Assembly: GCF_000195855.1 (NCBI RefSeq)
Contig: NC_002677.1
Span: 840,001 to 872,000 of the forward strand
Origin: Mycobacterium leprae TN
Lineage (GTDB): Bacteria > Actinomycetota > Actinomycetes > Mycobacteriales > Mycobacteriaceae
DNA length: 32,000 nucleotides
Reading direction: 5' to 3'
Numbering within the stretch: position 1 is the first letter of the stretch; the number at the start of each line of letters is the position of its first letter. Below, piece after piece: positions 20,650 through 31,118 of the stretch. Both the position numbers and the translations under genes were made by a program. The notes under the pieces are model-generated. The model did not search any database, was not told the origin of the DNA, and saw nothing but the letters and a program-made list of their open reading frames with translations.

Positions 20650-21900
20650 TTACCTATATTTTATACTCTGCGCTAGTGGCAACTCGTCGGAGTAGTTGAC
20701 GGTGTTGGTGGAGCGCCGCATGTAGGTCTTCTGCGCGTCTAAACTAACTTTCTGCCCGCTGCCGGTTTGCTTCTCGCCGCCAATCTTAGCGTCCGATGTG
20801 CCGATGTTGACGTTGGTGATACCGCAGTCCGGTCCATTTACGGAGCGCTCCTCCTCACGTAGGTTGATAGTGAAGGTTGACGATAAAAGTCCTTGTGACA
20901 CAGTGTTATTAAGCGAGATCGCTTCGTCAAAATTGTCGTAGGTCAGCGTGTAGAGGATCGGTGTAAACGTTTCGGTGGTCACGATGGTGGTCTGCGACGG
21001 GATTCGGATCACGCCGGACAGCAACGCACCTAGCGTCGACAGGTCGCTTATAGGACAGCTGCCTACCACGCGGAGACCAGGTGCGCCACTACGTTGTCGG
21101 CCACTAAGCGGTGTATGATAAGAGTTTAGACAAAATGGTGTAAAGATGACCGGCGGTGCCGACGTTGGCAAAAGCGATGCCGGCACCGCCAGGTCCAGGT
21201 CGGCCTACGGCGTCACGAGGGCTACGTTGTTGCCACCACCTCCAGCAACGCTAGCCCGAACGGCGCCGCGACGCGTGGACCAGCTTGTTGATCCATTCGC
21301 ACCGACCCGGTGGCCGGGACACAACGCTATCCGATGATCGTCGGCCAGCTGCCCCGTTGAGCTCGTAGTCGCTATACAATTAGGCTGCTGACCGCTGCTG
21401 GCGCACCGCCGTCTGCGGTGGCTCGCCCAATCAGCACCTGGCAGGCCGGTCCTGTCAACGGTGTCAGCTTCGAGGGCTTCCACACCACGGTGATGCCACA
21501 CACCAGTGCTATTGCCACGTTCCACGTCCAGACTGCGATTGGGAAGTTGAACGCTGTGATCGCACCGACTACGCCAAGCGGATGCTAGTTATCTATAACC
21601 GATGGTTAGGGTGCTACGATACGCTGGTCCAGCCGTAGAGTTGGCTCTACAGGATGACCGTGAATTGGACTTTGATTTTCCTGGCTTTCTCCATCCTCCT
21701 CGGAAGCGATATTTGTCTACCTCGATTGTTACTAGCGTGGCGGGGTCGTTCTTGTGTGCGGGTGAGTAGTTAGCCGAGCCGGACTACCAGGACACCGTGC
21801 ACTGGCATCGGTGTGCTTCGCTAGGACCAAAACGCCTGGGTGGTATCCGCGATCGTGCGATCCTCCTACTCGGGTGTGGTTTGTGCGATGGTGAGCAGGA
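20650..21900 (-). pseudogene. pcd: Piperideine-6-carboxylate dehydrogenase (aldehyde dehydrogenase family), degenerate
   Basis: C-terminal ALDH remnant ETFTPILYTLTYDNFDEAISLNNTVSQGLLSSTFTINLREEERSVNGPDCGITNVNIGTSDAKIGGEKQTGSGQ...KTYMRRSTNTVNYSDELPLAQ is still open in ORF 20650-21186. The remainder is decayed, so the 5' boundary is inferred. Confidence 0.82.
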
Positions 21901-22069
21901 CCTCGCTGGTAATCGGTGTGCTGGGGGTAAGCCGCGCTTGCCTAGTTTTCCCAGCGTTGCGTGGGTTCCGTTCGAGCTGCCGATCGCTGTGAGGGCCGTC
22001 TTGTTTACCCGGGTGCGTAACTCGTTTGTGGTCATAAGTGCCGTTCTTCCCCATCGCTCCGTGCCTCGC

Positions 22070-23000
22070 AAGCAGGTGGTGCCCCGCTGCATCGTCGTCG
22101 GCGCGAGTTGACACGCTAACTGGGGTGTTTCCTTGGAGAGCGTTTCGTATAGCGCGTACGGGTCGTGAATGTTGTGGGCTATAGCCCTAGCCAACTGCCT
22201 GATGTCGTAACTGGAATCGTAGGAAGCGTCCTCGGCGGCAAGCAGGAAATCCTGGTGGACAATCGGGGCCTACGGGGTGTCACTGCGATAATAGGCTCAG
22301 TCTTTGAGTGGCTATTTTTTCAGCAGTCGACGGAAAGTATTTGCTCCACACTGTGGCAGTGTCGGCAGTTTCCATAACAGCGTCGTAACGTTCGCGGCTC
22401 TGCGGCGTCAGTGCGACACCGCACGCTTCGATTTCTCCGAACCGCACCTGAAGCTGTCTTTGGGTGAGGGTGGCTTGATACCTGGACCGTTCTAACGGAA
22501 CAGGTTTGGCTCGGCGAATGCACGAAACGAATTCTGTTGCAACAGCACATCGGGTCCGTGGGTGCATGCTGGTTCCTGTATGGCATCGATCATAGTTATG
22601 CCACGAGCAGTCATACTGTTGTGTAGATAGTCGATGTCGGGGACCCGCGGGGTCAGATGATTGATGTAGGTGTAGCCGACGCAGGCGATGTCGGAAGCCA
22701 TTGCCACACTCGGGATAACTCGCCGTACCAAGACTTCTTGACAGGTTCGCGCAATAGCACGAATAGCGCTACCGCTTCAGAGAAAAACGGACGCTCCTGG
22801 ATCGGGATCGGCGTCACAGTCGTCATCCGGCGGCGATTTGTCGGGTCTGAGCCAACAATGCGGGGTCGAACAGTTGACGTTGGCCCAGGAAGGTTTTCTA
22901 CACAGGTGCGCCGACTGGCTTCGAGGTATCGGAGAATCGCGGGTGGCTAGCATCTAGGTGAAAAACCGGAACATGTTGTGCTCCAGATCATTTACATCGA
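22070..23000 (-). pseudogene. DUF1338-family protein (Rv3292-like; 2-oxoadipate dioxygenase/decarboxylase family), degenerate
   Basis: Fragments MASDIACVGYTYINHLTPRVPDIDYLHNSMTARGITMIDAIQEP...HGPDVLLQQNSFRAFAEPNLFR (22492-22731) and RQLQVRFGEIEACGVALTPQSRERYDAVMETADTATVWSKYFPS (22280-22567), which fit the DUF1338 NHLTPR and ARFGEIEQRG...ALT motifs. Boundaries are approximate. Confidence 0.7.
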
Positions 23001-23349
23001 TAGATCGAAAATTATTGTACGACAATGGAATGAGAGACTATTCGGAACGAAGATCGTAATAGTCGTCCGGCAACATGCTGAACGCTACGAAGAGGTCAGC
23101 GACGGCAGTCAATTCGTCCGGGTTGCCTACACGGATAGAGTCGTGTCGCTTAGCGGTGACCCGTTACATTGAAGCGCAACACTGTACACGCCAATGGCGT
23201 GTCAGGTAGTTGGAGGTGACTTAGGCTGCTGACTGCGACCAGCGTGGCGTATGCGGGCACCTCGCTGGGCTATATGGCCGACAACTCGGCAGCGAATCGT
23301 ACACAGTTGCCAGGCAGCCAGCTGTATTGGGCTCATGCGGAGACGCTGC

Positions 23350-23800
23350 GATAGTCTCCGGTCATGGGTGAAACCCAGATGACGCCAACTGGATCTTGAT
23401 GTGTGAGCTGGTAGCTGACGGGCACGCCACTTTGTTGGAGTTGGCGGACTGTCGGTTTCGGCGGTTCAGGAGCGGACGCGCAGGTTGGAGTATCGCGTTG
23501 TGGCGTCTGAATATTCGGGGCTGATCAACCAGAAGGCGGTTGGGTAGCTGCTGTTGGCGTTCGTGGCAATCACTCCTCGTGATCTGTCTTAACCCGATGA
23601 TGCGCCCACCCGCCTGGAGCACATCGAGGAAATCGAGTCGTGTCACTCGGTGGTCGGTGAAGAAAGCTACATCTTGCTAGTACGTGTCGCGTCTGCACGT
23701 GCGCTGGAGGATCAGCTGCAAAGGATCCGGGCAGCGACGAATGTCACGATCCGAAGTACGGTAATACTAAAACTATTTTTACAGCCACAGGTAGCACATA
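23350..23800 (+). pseudogene. lrpA: Lrp/AsnC-family regulator, degenerate
   Basis: Ligand-binding domain remnant CHSVVGEESYILLVRVASARALEDQLQRIRAATNVTIRSTVIL (23650 onward) preceded by fragments such as LVADGHATLLELAD in other frames. Confidence 0.82.
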
Positions 23801-23892
23801 CCCGGAAATTTTACTACATAAATATGAAATACAATGTAAAATTCTGTAAAAAAACCACTAGCATCATGCTACAATTGCTGTTTTAAGATCGG

Positions 23893-25216
23893 TTGCATTC
23901 GTTGGTCCACAAACAGAACCAGACCAGGTGCATGACGCGCTTGCGCACAGCATTCTGACCGGCTTTTTCGACCTGGTACTGGTTCTGACCTGCTCGATCG
24001 GCTCGTATCTGGTCGATGTCCGAACCGGTCAGTGCTATTCCGACCTGTTCACCTTCTACGCTTCATAGGCACCGGACATAAATCATCCGGCGCTGGTCAA
24101 GAACAACGAAATCTGTGCTGAACTCATAGCGGTGGTGCTGAACAAGCCCAGTAATTTCGACGTGTACTCGGTGGCAATGGCCAGCTTGGTCGAGACCTTC
24201 GGGCGCGTGCTGGGTGATCCGGCCTTGCCGCATCTGTTCTTCATCGAAGGTGATGTGCTGGCGGTGGAGAACGCATTCAAGTGTCGCGTTCGCCTGGACG
24301 GGTCGGTACAACGAAGCCTACGGTATCGATCCATTGCTGGGCACTCGGGTGCTGCACTTGCGTGGGGTATTTCGCGGCCGCAGCGGCTACACTTTGCCGC
24401 TCACCAATACCAAGTCTATTGCCGTGGCCCGGTTCTAGACATTCGACTGGAGATGCATTTACGTGCCTTATATCTGGTTTATCTGGTCCGGAGTCGATTT
24501 GGATGTGCTAGAAGCCGAATCACTGAGTCAGGTGCGCGCGGCATTTTAGACACACCTGTACTCCATCGCTTTACTTTCTGGCCGAGCTGATCCACGGGGA
24601 AGGTAGCGACCGACATTTTCGGCCAGAGTTCTTCGTGGCGATGCGTGAGTTGCGTGACTAATACAATGCTCTGCTGATTTTCGACGAGGTGCAGACCGGC
24701 TGTGGGTTGATCGGAACCCCTTGGGCCTAAAAACAATTGGATATGCAACCCGACGTAGTCGACTTCGGCAAGAGGACGCAGGTGTGTGGAGTCAAGGCAG
24801 GTCACCGAGATGACGAAATTAGCCGACAATGTGTTACGGTCTCTTCCCGGATCAACTCGACGTGGGGCGGCGATCTTACCGACCTAGTGTGCGTCCGACG
24901 GATCCTTGAGGTGATCGAAACCGAGGGGTGGTTCGAATCTGCGGCTCAGCAGGGCAGCTACTTTGCGCGCTTGGCTCGGCGAGTTCGCCGACGATTTCCT
25001 GGCACTGATTCTCGACTCGAGCGGCCGCAGCCGGTCGGATGTGTGCTTTCAACATGCCGACCAGTGCCGGTCGCGACAGAGGTGATCCGCCAGCTGTTGC
25101 TACCTGCGGTGATCGTGCTGCCCAACGGCAACGATGGCGTATGGTTGCGTCCCGCCTTCCTTGTGGTCACGCGGCTGATCGCTGGCCGTGTGCGGCGCGT
25201 TGCAGGCGCTGACGAG
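23893..25216 (+). pseudogene. lat: L-lysine 6-aminotransferase, degenerate
   Basis: Fragments NKPSNFDVYSVAMASLVETFGRVLGDPALPHLFFIEGDVLAVENAFK, GTRVLHLRGVFRGRSGYTLPLTNTKSI, LIFDEVQTGCG, VVDFGKRTQVCGVKAGHRDDE and NSTWGGDLTDLVCVRRILEVIETEG, collinear with Lat but interrupted by stops and frameshifts. Confidence 0.93.
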
Positions 25217-25324
25217 GCCGTGACGGTGGGTCGCCAAACGGGTTTGCCTTTTTTGGGATTGTTGTGGCGGATCTATGGGACCAGAGCGACGTTGTAGCGG
25301 CCAACAACCGGATATGAGGTTTGC

Positions 25325-25810
25325 GGGGGATGGATAAAGTACGTGAACGATCAGGTGGTGGTGATCATCTGGGTAGGAGGACGGTGAGGTTCGCGCCGCG
25401 ATCCGGTTCGCCATGTTGGCTGCAGTAGCCGGCGTTGGCTTCCTGATCGCGGCCGCGTTATGGGTCAGCCCCTGCGGGGGAGCGGGCATCGACGCGGTGG
25501 CCTGTGACCGCCTCAGCTGACGTTGCTAGCGTTCGGGGGTCCGCTGATTTTGTTCGCCGCGGGGCTTCGTGCGTGCCTACTTCGTCTGGCACGACCGGGG
25601 TACCTGGTGGTGCTGGGACGGCGCCGGCTGGTTTTTGTTGACGCTGATGGTGTTAACGCTGTTTTTAGGTGTGCCGCCGATTGCCGGCTCGATAATGGCA
25701 CTTTGAATCGTCCGCTCTCTCGCCAAACCTGTTCTGTGAATTCTACCGCTGATGCTAGGTCCTTGGTCTTGCGCAGGCGAAACGATGGGACGAACAAACG
25801 GGACAGAAGT
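25325..25810 (+). pseudogene. Rv3289c-like small membrane protein, degenerate
   Basis: Assignment is mostly positional (between lat and usfY), with scattered fragments such as YLVVLGRRRLVFVDADGVN. Confidence 0.35.
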
Positions 25811-25814
25811 AGCT

Positions 25815-26140
25815 ATGGGAGACACCTATCGTGATTTGGTCGACCATTTGCGGACGACACGGGTCTTCGTTGGTGAGTTTCTGATCGACGTACTGCACTG
25901 ACTTGGTAACCTTTTTGTCGTGGCGGCTATGATCGGTATGGTTAGCCAGTCTTGCGGCCTTCGGGACCGGAAATCATAACCAGGGCATGACGGTAAGTGT
26001 AGTCGCGATCACCGTGACGGTGCTCGTCTTGCTAACGAGCACCGGTGGATCCGCAAGATCGCAGATCGGTGGTACCCCGAACATCCCGAAGTCCGCTGGC
26101 TAGTTGCGACCAGTGTCCTAGCGTGATCAACTCGCGGTTG
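25815..26140 (+). pseudogene. usfY: UsfY-like protein, degenerate
   Basis: ATG at 25815: MGDTYRDLVDHLRTTRVFVGEFLIDVLH then in-frame TGA at 25899-25901, continuing as LGNLFVV. Later fragment RKIADRWYPEHPEVRWL. Confidence 0.8.
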
Positions 26141-26499
26141 TTCAGCGTCGACTAGTCTGGGGTGGTAAAAAATCTTTCGCTCTTTCTTTAACTTCATTTA
26201 ACGGGCAGCCGGGATTTCGTGACGTGCTTTGCCGCCGCTACAGGTCGCCAGTCCTGCTGGACACTGGCGGGAACCTAATATCCGTGGGTTTTACCAGTCG
26301 TATCGAGCGGATATCACTTTGTACACTGTGATGAGTGACCACCGTGGTCCCGGTGATAACCTCGACGTGAACACGTTGCGCGCTCGCTTCCGTGTACATC
26401 AGGTACGCTCCGTATCCGGTGGAACACTCAACGGCAATCATGACTAACCGACTCGAAGGCGGACTTCTCACTGGGACTGGGAGTAATGTCAGTCAGATG

Positions 26500-26960
26500 T
26501 TGCCAGGAGAACAAGTGAGTAATGCGGAATTACGTCCCAAACCGGGGATAACGAGGTCACCGCTCTGTCGAACTGCATGTTGCCACGCATTTGGAGCACC
26601 TGGTGTTGCTCCAAATCTTGGTCGGTGTGATCGGCACCTTTGAAGACCTGGATTTTGGCGCTGTGGCGAACTTGCTGCTGGCGGTAGACGAAGCATACAT
26701 ACGGTTGGTCCGCTCGGCAACTTCGGACTCAACGCTCGTTCTGGTGGTCGATTCACGCGACGACGAATTGGTGGTGGAGGCTTCTGCGATTTGCGACACC
26801 TACGATGTTGTGGCAGTTGGCATTTCCTAATGTCGTTGACCGACCATGTACAGACTTGCCACGGCCCTATAAAACCGGCAGCCTTTTTAAAGGCACGAAG
26901 GGCGGCTCTGCGGCCGGTGACAGTGCGAGCTACCGGCGATTAGACTTCGCCGCCTTAACG
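26500..26960 (+). pseudogene. rsbW: Anti-sigma-F factor RsbW (UsfX), degenerate
   Basis: Fragment MEHLVLLQILVGVIGTFEDLDFGAVANLLLAVDEAYIRLVRSATSDSTLVLVVDSRDDELVVEASAICDTYDVV (26591-26830), then a downstream fragment in another frame. Confidence 0.88.
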
Positions 26961-26964
26961 AATA

Positions 26965-27665
26965 CGCCGAGTCCCGGAGATGTTTCGTAAGCTTGCCGTA
27001 TCCACCGCCGACTCAGCGGAGTCCTGACGCCTCCGGTAGGAGATTGTGGAGCGCTGCTTGTCGCTGGTTGGTCACATCGCCAGGAGGTTCGTAGGCCGCG
27101 ACGCACCGTGTGACGACTTTGTCCAGATCGTGCGGGTCGGATTGGTCAATTCGGGTAGTGCGTTTCGACCCCGAAACCGGGATCAGATTTCATCTTGTTT
27201 GTGGTGCCTGCGATCATGAGTGAGGGTTCGACGTTACTTCCGCGACAACAGCTCTGGTCGGTCCAGGTTCCCCGGCGTCTGAAGGAACTGCACTTACAAC
27301 TTGGCACAGCGACGGCTGAACTGTCACAACGTCTTGACCGGGCGCCCACCGCATCCGAACTCGGCATGGATCGTAACGAGGTTGTCGAGGGGCTGGTTGC
27401 CGGCAGTTCCCAGAACACCTTGTCCATCGACAGCGGCAACGATGACGACGACGTCTGCGCTATCGCCGATACGTTGGGCGACGTGGACGCAGGCTTTGAG
27501 CGGATCGAAAATCGGGAGGCGCTATCTCTATTGCTTGAGGTGTTGCCCAAGTGGGAACGATATGGCATTTAGTGCTTCGCGTTTCGAGTCGATGACGCAG
27601 ATTGCTGAGAGGGTAGGAATTTTACAAATCGATGTGACATTGGCTGTTGGCTACATCGCTAGCGC
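26965..27665 (+). pseudogene. sigF: Alternative sigma factor SigF, degenerate
   Basis: SVPRRLKELHLQLGTATAELSQRLDRAPTASELGMDRNEVVEGLVAGSSQNTLSIDSGNDDDDVCAIADTLGDVDAGFERIENREALSLLLEVLPKWER (ORF 27195-27572), then MTQIAERVGI in another frame. Confidence 0.92.
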
Positions 27666-27695
27666 GGCTGTGGGACCAGCTAGAGTAGGCCAGCC

Positions 27696-29492
27696 TTACT
27701 TGATCTCGGCGAGCACCGTGCCTTGAGTGATGGCCGTGCCGGCTTCGACCGCCAAGCCCGTTATGATACCATCTTTATGTGCGGTGACTGGGTTCTCCAT
27801 CTTCATAGCCTCGAGGACCACCACTAGGTCGCCTGTCATCACTGTTTGTCCCTCCGCAACGGCGACCTTGACTACGGTGCCCTGCATGGGCGCGGTCACC
27901 GCGTCACCGGAGGTCGCTGCGCCGGTGTGTCCACCGCGCTTGCGCGGCTTGGGTTTTTTGCGGATAACACCGGCTGGATTGCAGCCGGCCGGGTTAGCTA
28001 ATGCGAGATCGGCGGGCAGCGAGACCTCGAGTCGGCGGCCGTCGACCTCGACGATCACCGTCTGTTGTGGCCTGGTGTCCTCTTCGTCGAGGGGCTGGTT
28101 GTCGATGAAGGGTTCGATGGTGTTATTCCACTCGGTTTCGATCCAGCGGGTGTGCACCGAGAAGCTGTTGTTGTCGCCGATCAGCGCCGGGTCGGATACC
28201 ACAGCGCGGTGGAACGGGATGACCGTGGCCAGGCCTTCGACCTCGAATTCGTCCAGTGCGCGGCGGGCGCGCGCCAGTGCTTCCTGGCGAGTGGCGCCGT
28301 GCACGATCAGCTTGGCAAGCATGGAGTCGAACTGGCCACCGATTACCGAACCGGTCTCTACCCCGGAGTCCAATCGCACGCCGGGACCGGTGGGCGGGTG
28401 GAACTTGCTAACAGGCCCCGGCGAGGGCAGAAAGTTGCGTCCTGCGTCCTCGCCATTGATTCGGAACTCGATGGCGTGACCGCACGGGATAGGATCCTTG
28501 ATCAGTTCGAGCTTTTCGCCGTTGGCGATCTTGAACTGCTGCAGCACCAGATCAATGCCTGTGGTCTCTTCGGTGACCGGGTGCTCAACTTGAAGGCGGG
28601 TGTTGACTTCCAGGAACGAGATTAGGCCATCCTGGCCGACAAGATATTCTACCGTCCCAGCGCCGTAGTAGTGGGCCTCCTTGCAGATTCGCTTCGCGGA
28701 TTCGTGGATTTCCTTACGCTGGGCGTCTGTTAGGAACGGCGCCGGCGCCTCCTCGACCAGCTTCTGGAAACGCCGCTGTAGCGAGCAGTCCCGAGTACCG
28801 GCGACGACAATGTTGCCGTGCTGATCGGCGATTACCTGCGCTTCGACGTGTCGGGGCTTATCTAGGTAGCGCTCAACAAAACATTCCCCGCGGCCGAACG
28901 CAACGGTGGCCTCACGCACCGCCGATTCGTATAGTTCGGAAATCTCCTCGAGGGTGCGGGCCACTTTCATGCCCTTGCCGCCGCCACCGAAGGCGGCCTT
29001 GATCGCGATCGGTACCCCGTGTTCTTTGGCGAAGGCCACCACCTCGTCGGCGTTTTTGACCGGATCCGGGGTGCCGGGCACTAGGGGAGCCTGTGCGCGG
29101 GCGGCGATATGGCGGGCGGTGACCTTGTCGCCGAGGTCGCGGATCGATTGTGGGCTGGGCCCGATCCAGATCAGGCCGGCGTCGATGACGGCCTGGGCGA
29201 AGTCAGCATTCTCGGCAAGGAACCCGTAACCGGGATGGATCGCGTTGGCTCCGGATTTTGCAGCGGCGTCGAGGATCTTACCGAAGTCCAAGTAGGACTC
29301 TGCGGAAGTGTGACCTCCCAGCGCGAACGCTTCGTCGGCCAGCCGCACATGTGGCGCCTCGGCGTCAGGCTCGGCGTATACTGCCACGCTAGGCAGTCTC
29401 GCATCGCGGGCCGCGCGGATCACCCGGACAGCAATTTCGCCGCGGTTGGCGACGAGAACCTTGGCGATCCTCGAGCTGGCGTGACTGGCCAC
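27696..29492 (-). CDS. accA3: Acetyl/propionyl-CoA carboxylase alpha subunit (biotin carboxylase plus BCCP), 598 aa
   Basis: Intact ORF with biotin carboxylase N-terminus [23 protein letters not shown]-grasp [22 protein letters not shown] and C-terminal biotinylation motif [10 protein letters not shown]. Ribosome-binding site (aggagg in reverse complement) just upstream. Confidence 0.98.
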   Translation of the reverse strand: MASHASSRIAKVLVANRGEIAVRVIRAARDARLPSVAVYAEPDAEAPHVRLADEAFALGGHTSAESYLDFGKILDAAAKSGANAIHPGYGFLAENADFAQAVIDAGLIWIGPSPQSIRDLGDKVTARHIAARAQAPLVPGTPDPVKNADEVVAFAKEHGVPIAIKAAFGGGGKGMKVARTLEEISELYESAVREATVAFGRGECFVERYLDKPRHVEAQVIADQHGNIVVAGTRDCSLQRRFQKLVEEAPAPFLTDAQRKEIHESAKRICKEAHYYGAGTVEYLVGQDGLISFLEVNTRLQVEHPVTEETTGIDLVLQQFKIANGEKLELIKDPIPCGHAIEFRINGEDAGRNFLPSPGPVSKFHPPTGPGVRLDSGVETGSVIGGQFDSMLAKLIVHGATRQEALARARRALDEFEVEGLATVIPFHRAVVSDPALIGDNNSFSVHTRWIETEWNNTIEPFIDNQPLDEEDTRPQQTVIVEVDGRRLEVSLPADLALANPAGCNPAGVIRKKPKPRKRGGHTGAATSGDAVTAPMQGTVVKVAVAEGQTVMTGDLVVVLEAMKMENPVTAHKDGIITGLAVEAGTAITQGTVLAEIK

Positions 29493-29605
29493 TGCGCCTC
29501 CTGTTTGGCGGTATTTTAAGGGATTTTTTACAATTATGTCGCGGGAAGTCTAAGCGTCGTGTCGGCGACGCGACCAGGTGGTGGTGGGGGTAACCGGTCT
29601 GTTTA

Positions 29606-30010
29606 GAATGGCTGATTGATCCGGGCAAGCATCGCCGACATTCCGCGTAACTGCAGCGGGCTGATCAGAGCAGCTACGCCCGGCCCGACATAACATAATC
29701 GTTGGGTACCGTTAGGTGTAGCGGCGGATTGGTGGTCTAAGTCGGCGACTAAGACAGCGGCCAACCCACGGGTGGTCGGCGCTTCGGCCGGAGCGCTGAA
29801 GTACAGGCGCACCCAGCTTCGGTCGTGTGGATCGATGTATCGATGTGCAGAAAAAGCGAGGTCGGTATTCGGGCGCCGGCTCCATCGCTGCTTCGGCCGA
29901 GTCGGCGTGCAGGGCTGGCAGGTCATCGGCAAATTCCAGCAACAGTTTTAGCTCGTCCTGGCCTCAGACTTCGTCGAAGTCTGAGGCCAGGACGGCCGAG
30001 GGCGCGGGTA
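29606..30010 (-). pseudogene. SufE-like protein (Rv3284-like), degenerate
   Basis: [44 protein letters not shown] in one frame, then [30 protein letters not shown] and ALISPLQLRGMSAMLARI in another. At least one nonsense codon and one frameshift. Confidence 0.87.
29954..29994. repeat. Perfect inverted repeat, 20-bp arms with 1-nt centre, inside the SufE-like pseudogene
   Basis: cgtcctggcctcagacttcg / t / cgaagtctgaggccaggacg; every arm position checked. Confidence 0.96.
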
Positions 30011-30027
30011 TTCTCACGGAATGGCTA

Positions 30028-30918
30028 TCAGACAGGTACGGCTCCGGGGCTTTCGCCTGCAGTGATCGGCACTCGTACGGTGTTCCCCCACTCGGTCCAC
30101 GAGCCGTCATAGTTACGCACTCCCGGTTTGCCCAGCAGATGGGTGAGTACGAACCAAGTGTGGCTGGATCGCTCGCCGATGCGGCAATATACGATGGTTT
30201 TATCGTTTGGGGTGATGAAGTCATAGAGCCGTTCCAATTCTTCGCTGCTGCGGAATCGACCGCTTTTGTCGACTGTCATTTCCCACGGGATCGACCTGGC
30301 GGTGGGGATGTGGCCGGCTCGCAGCACACTTTCTTCGGGGGAGTCGGGCATTTCGGTGCATTTGCCGGTGTACTCGTCGAGGGATCGCACGTCGATCAGC
30401 GGCTGAGTGCCGAGGATGGCCAACACGTCGTCTTTGAATGCGCGGATGGGTGCGTCGTTCCGGTTTACCACGGGATAGCTGGTCGATGTCTTATTCGGCA
30501 CGGCCAGGCTGGTATCCCGGCGTTCGGCGAGCCATAGATCACGACCGCCGTTGAGCAGTCGCACGTCGGGATGGCCGAACAAGGTAAAGACCCACAGTGC
30601 GTAGGCCGCCCACCAGTTGCTCTTGTCGCCGTAGATCACCACGGTGTCGTCGCGGGCGATGCCCTTGCGGTTCATCAAGTCGGCGAATTGCTCGCCAGTG
30701 ATGTAGTCACGCACCTTCGGGTCATTGAGGTCGGTGTGCCAGTCGACCTTCACCGCGCCAGGAATATGTCCGACATCGTAGAGCAGTACGTTCTCGTCGG
30801 ATTCGACTATAGCCAGACCGGGTTTGCCCAGATGGAAGTACAGCCAATCACCGGTTACTAGCCGTTCGGGGTGGGCGTAAGCCGACAGGGAAGGGCTTGG
30901 ATCTGTGGGTAGCGGCAC
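30028..30918 (-). CDS. sseA: Thiosulfate sulfurtransferase (two-domain rhodanese), 296 aa
   Basis: Intact ORF with rhodanese domains: [46 protein letters not shown] and active-site loop [13 protein letters not shown]. Confidence 0.94.
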   Translation of the reverse strand: MPLPTDPSPSLSAYAHPERLVTGDWLYFHLGKPGLAIVESDENVLLYDVGHIPGAVKVDWHTDLNDPKVRDYITGEQFADLMNRKGIARDDTVVIYGDKSNWWAAYALWVFTLFGHPDVRLLNGGRDLWLAERRDTSLAVPNKTSTSYPVVNRNDAPIRAFKDDVLAILGTQPLIDVRSLDEYTGKCTEMPDSPEESVLRAGHIPTARSIPWEMTVDKSGRFRSSEELERLYDFITPNDKTIVYCRIGERSSHTWFVLTHLLGKPGVRNYDGSWTEWGNTVRVPITAGESPGAVPV

Positions 30919-31118
30919 ACCTTAAAGCTTACTCATCCTGATGTTGTTGGTGATCATGCTTAGAGTCTGAAGCGCTGATGTCCATTGGGCTATGTCAGTC
31001 TGGTATCTCGGGTAGTCCGAGCAACCCATCGGCACACGGTTCACTAACCGTGGCCTGGGTACTAGCCGGAGGCAGTGCAGGTAACGCATCATGCTGCTGA
31101 GGTGCAACGGCTGAATTT

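Noticed and set aside
20650-21186. Possible intact 178-aa gene
   Set aside because: It encodes only the C-terminal part of an aldehyde dehydrogenase plus an unrelated N-terminal extension created by a frameshift, so it is better treated as a pcd remnant.
24737-25297. Possible intact 186-aa gene
   Set aside because: It is the C-terminal portion of lat without the preceding domain, so it is a pseudogene fragment.
28065-28625. 186-aa plus-strand ORF over accA3
   Set aside because: Shadow ORF opposite intact accA3.
30571-30861. Plus-strand ORF opposite sseA
   Set aside because: Antisense to a strongly supported rhodanese gene.
31030-31060. Small hairpin cacggtt-cact-aaccgtg considered as a terminator
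   Set aside because: Only 7-bp arms, no T-tract, and not clearly positioned at a transcript end, so support is too weak.
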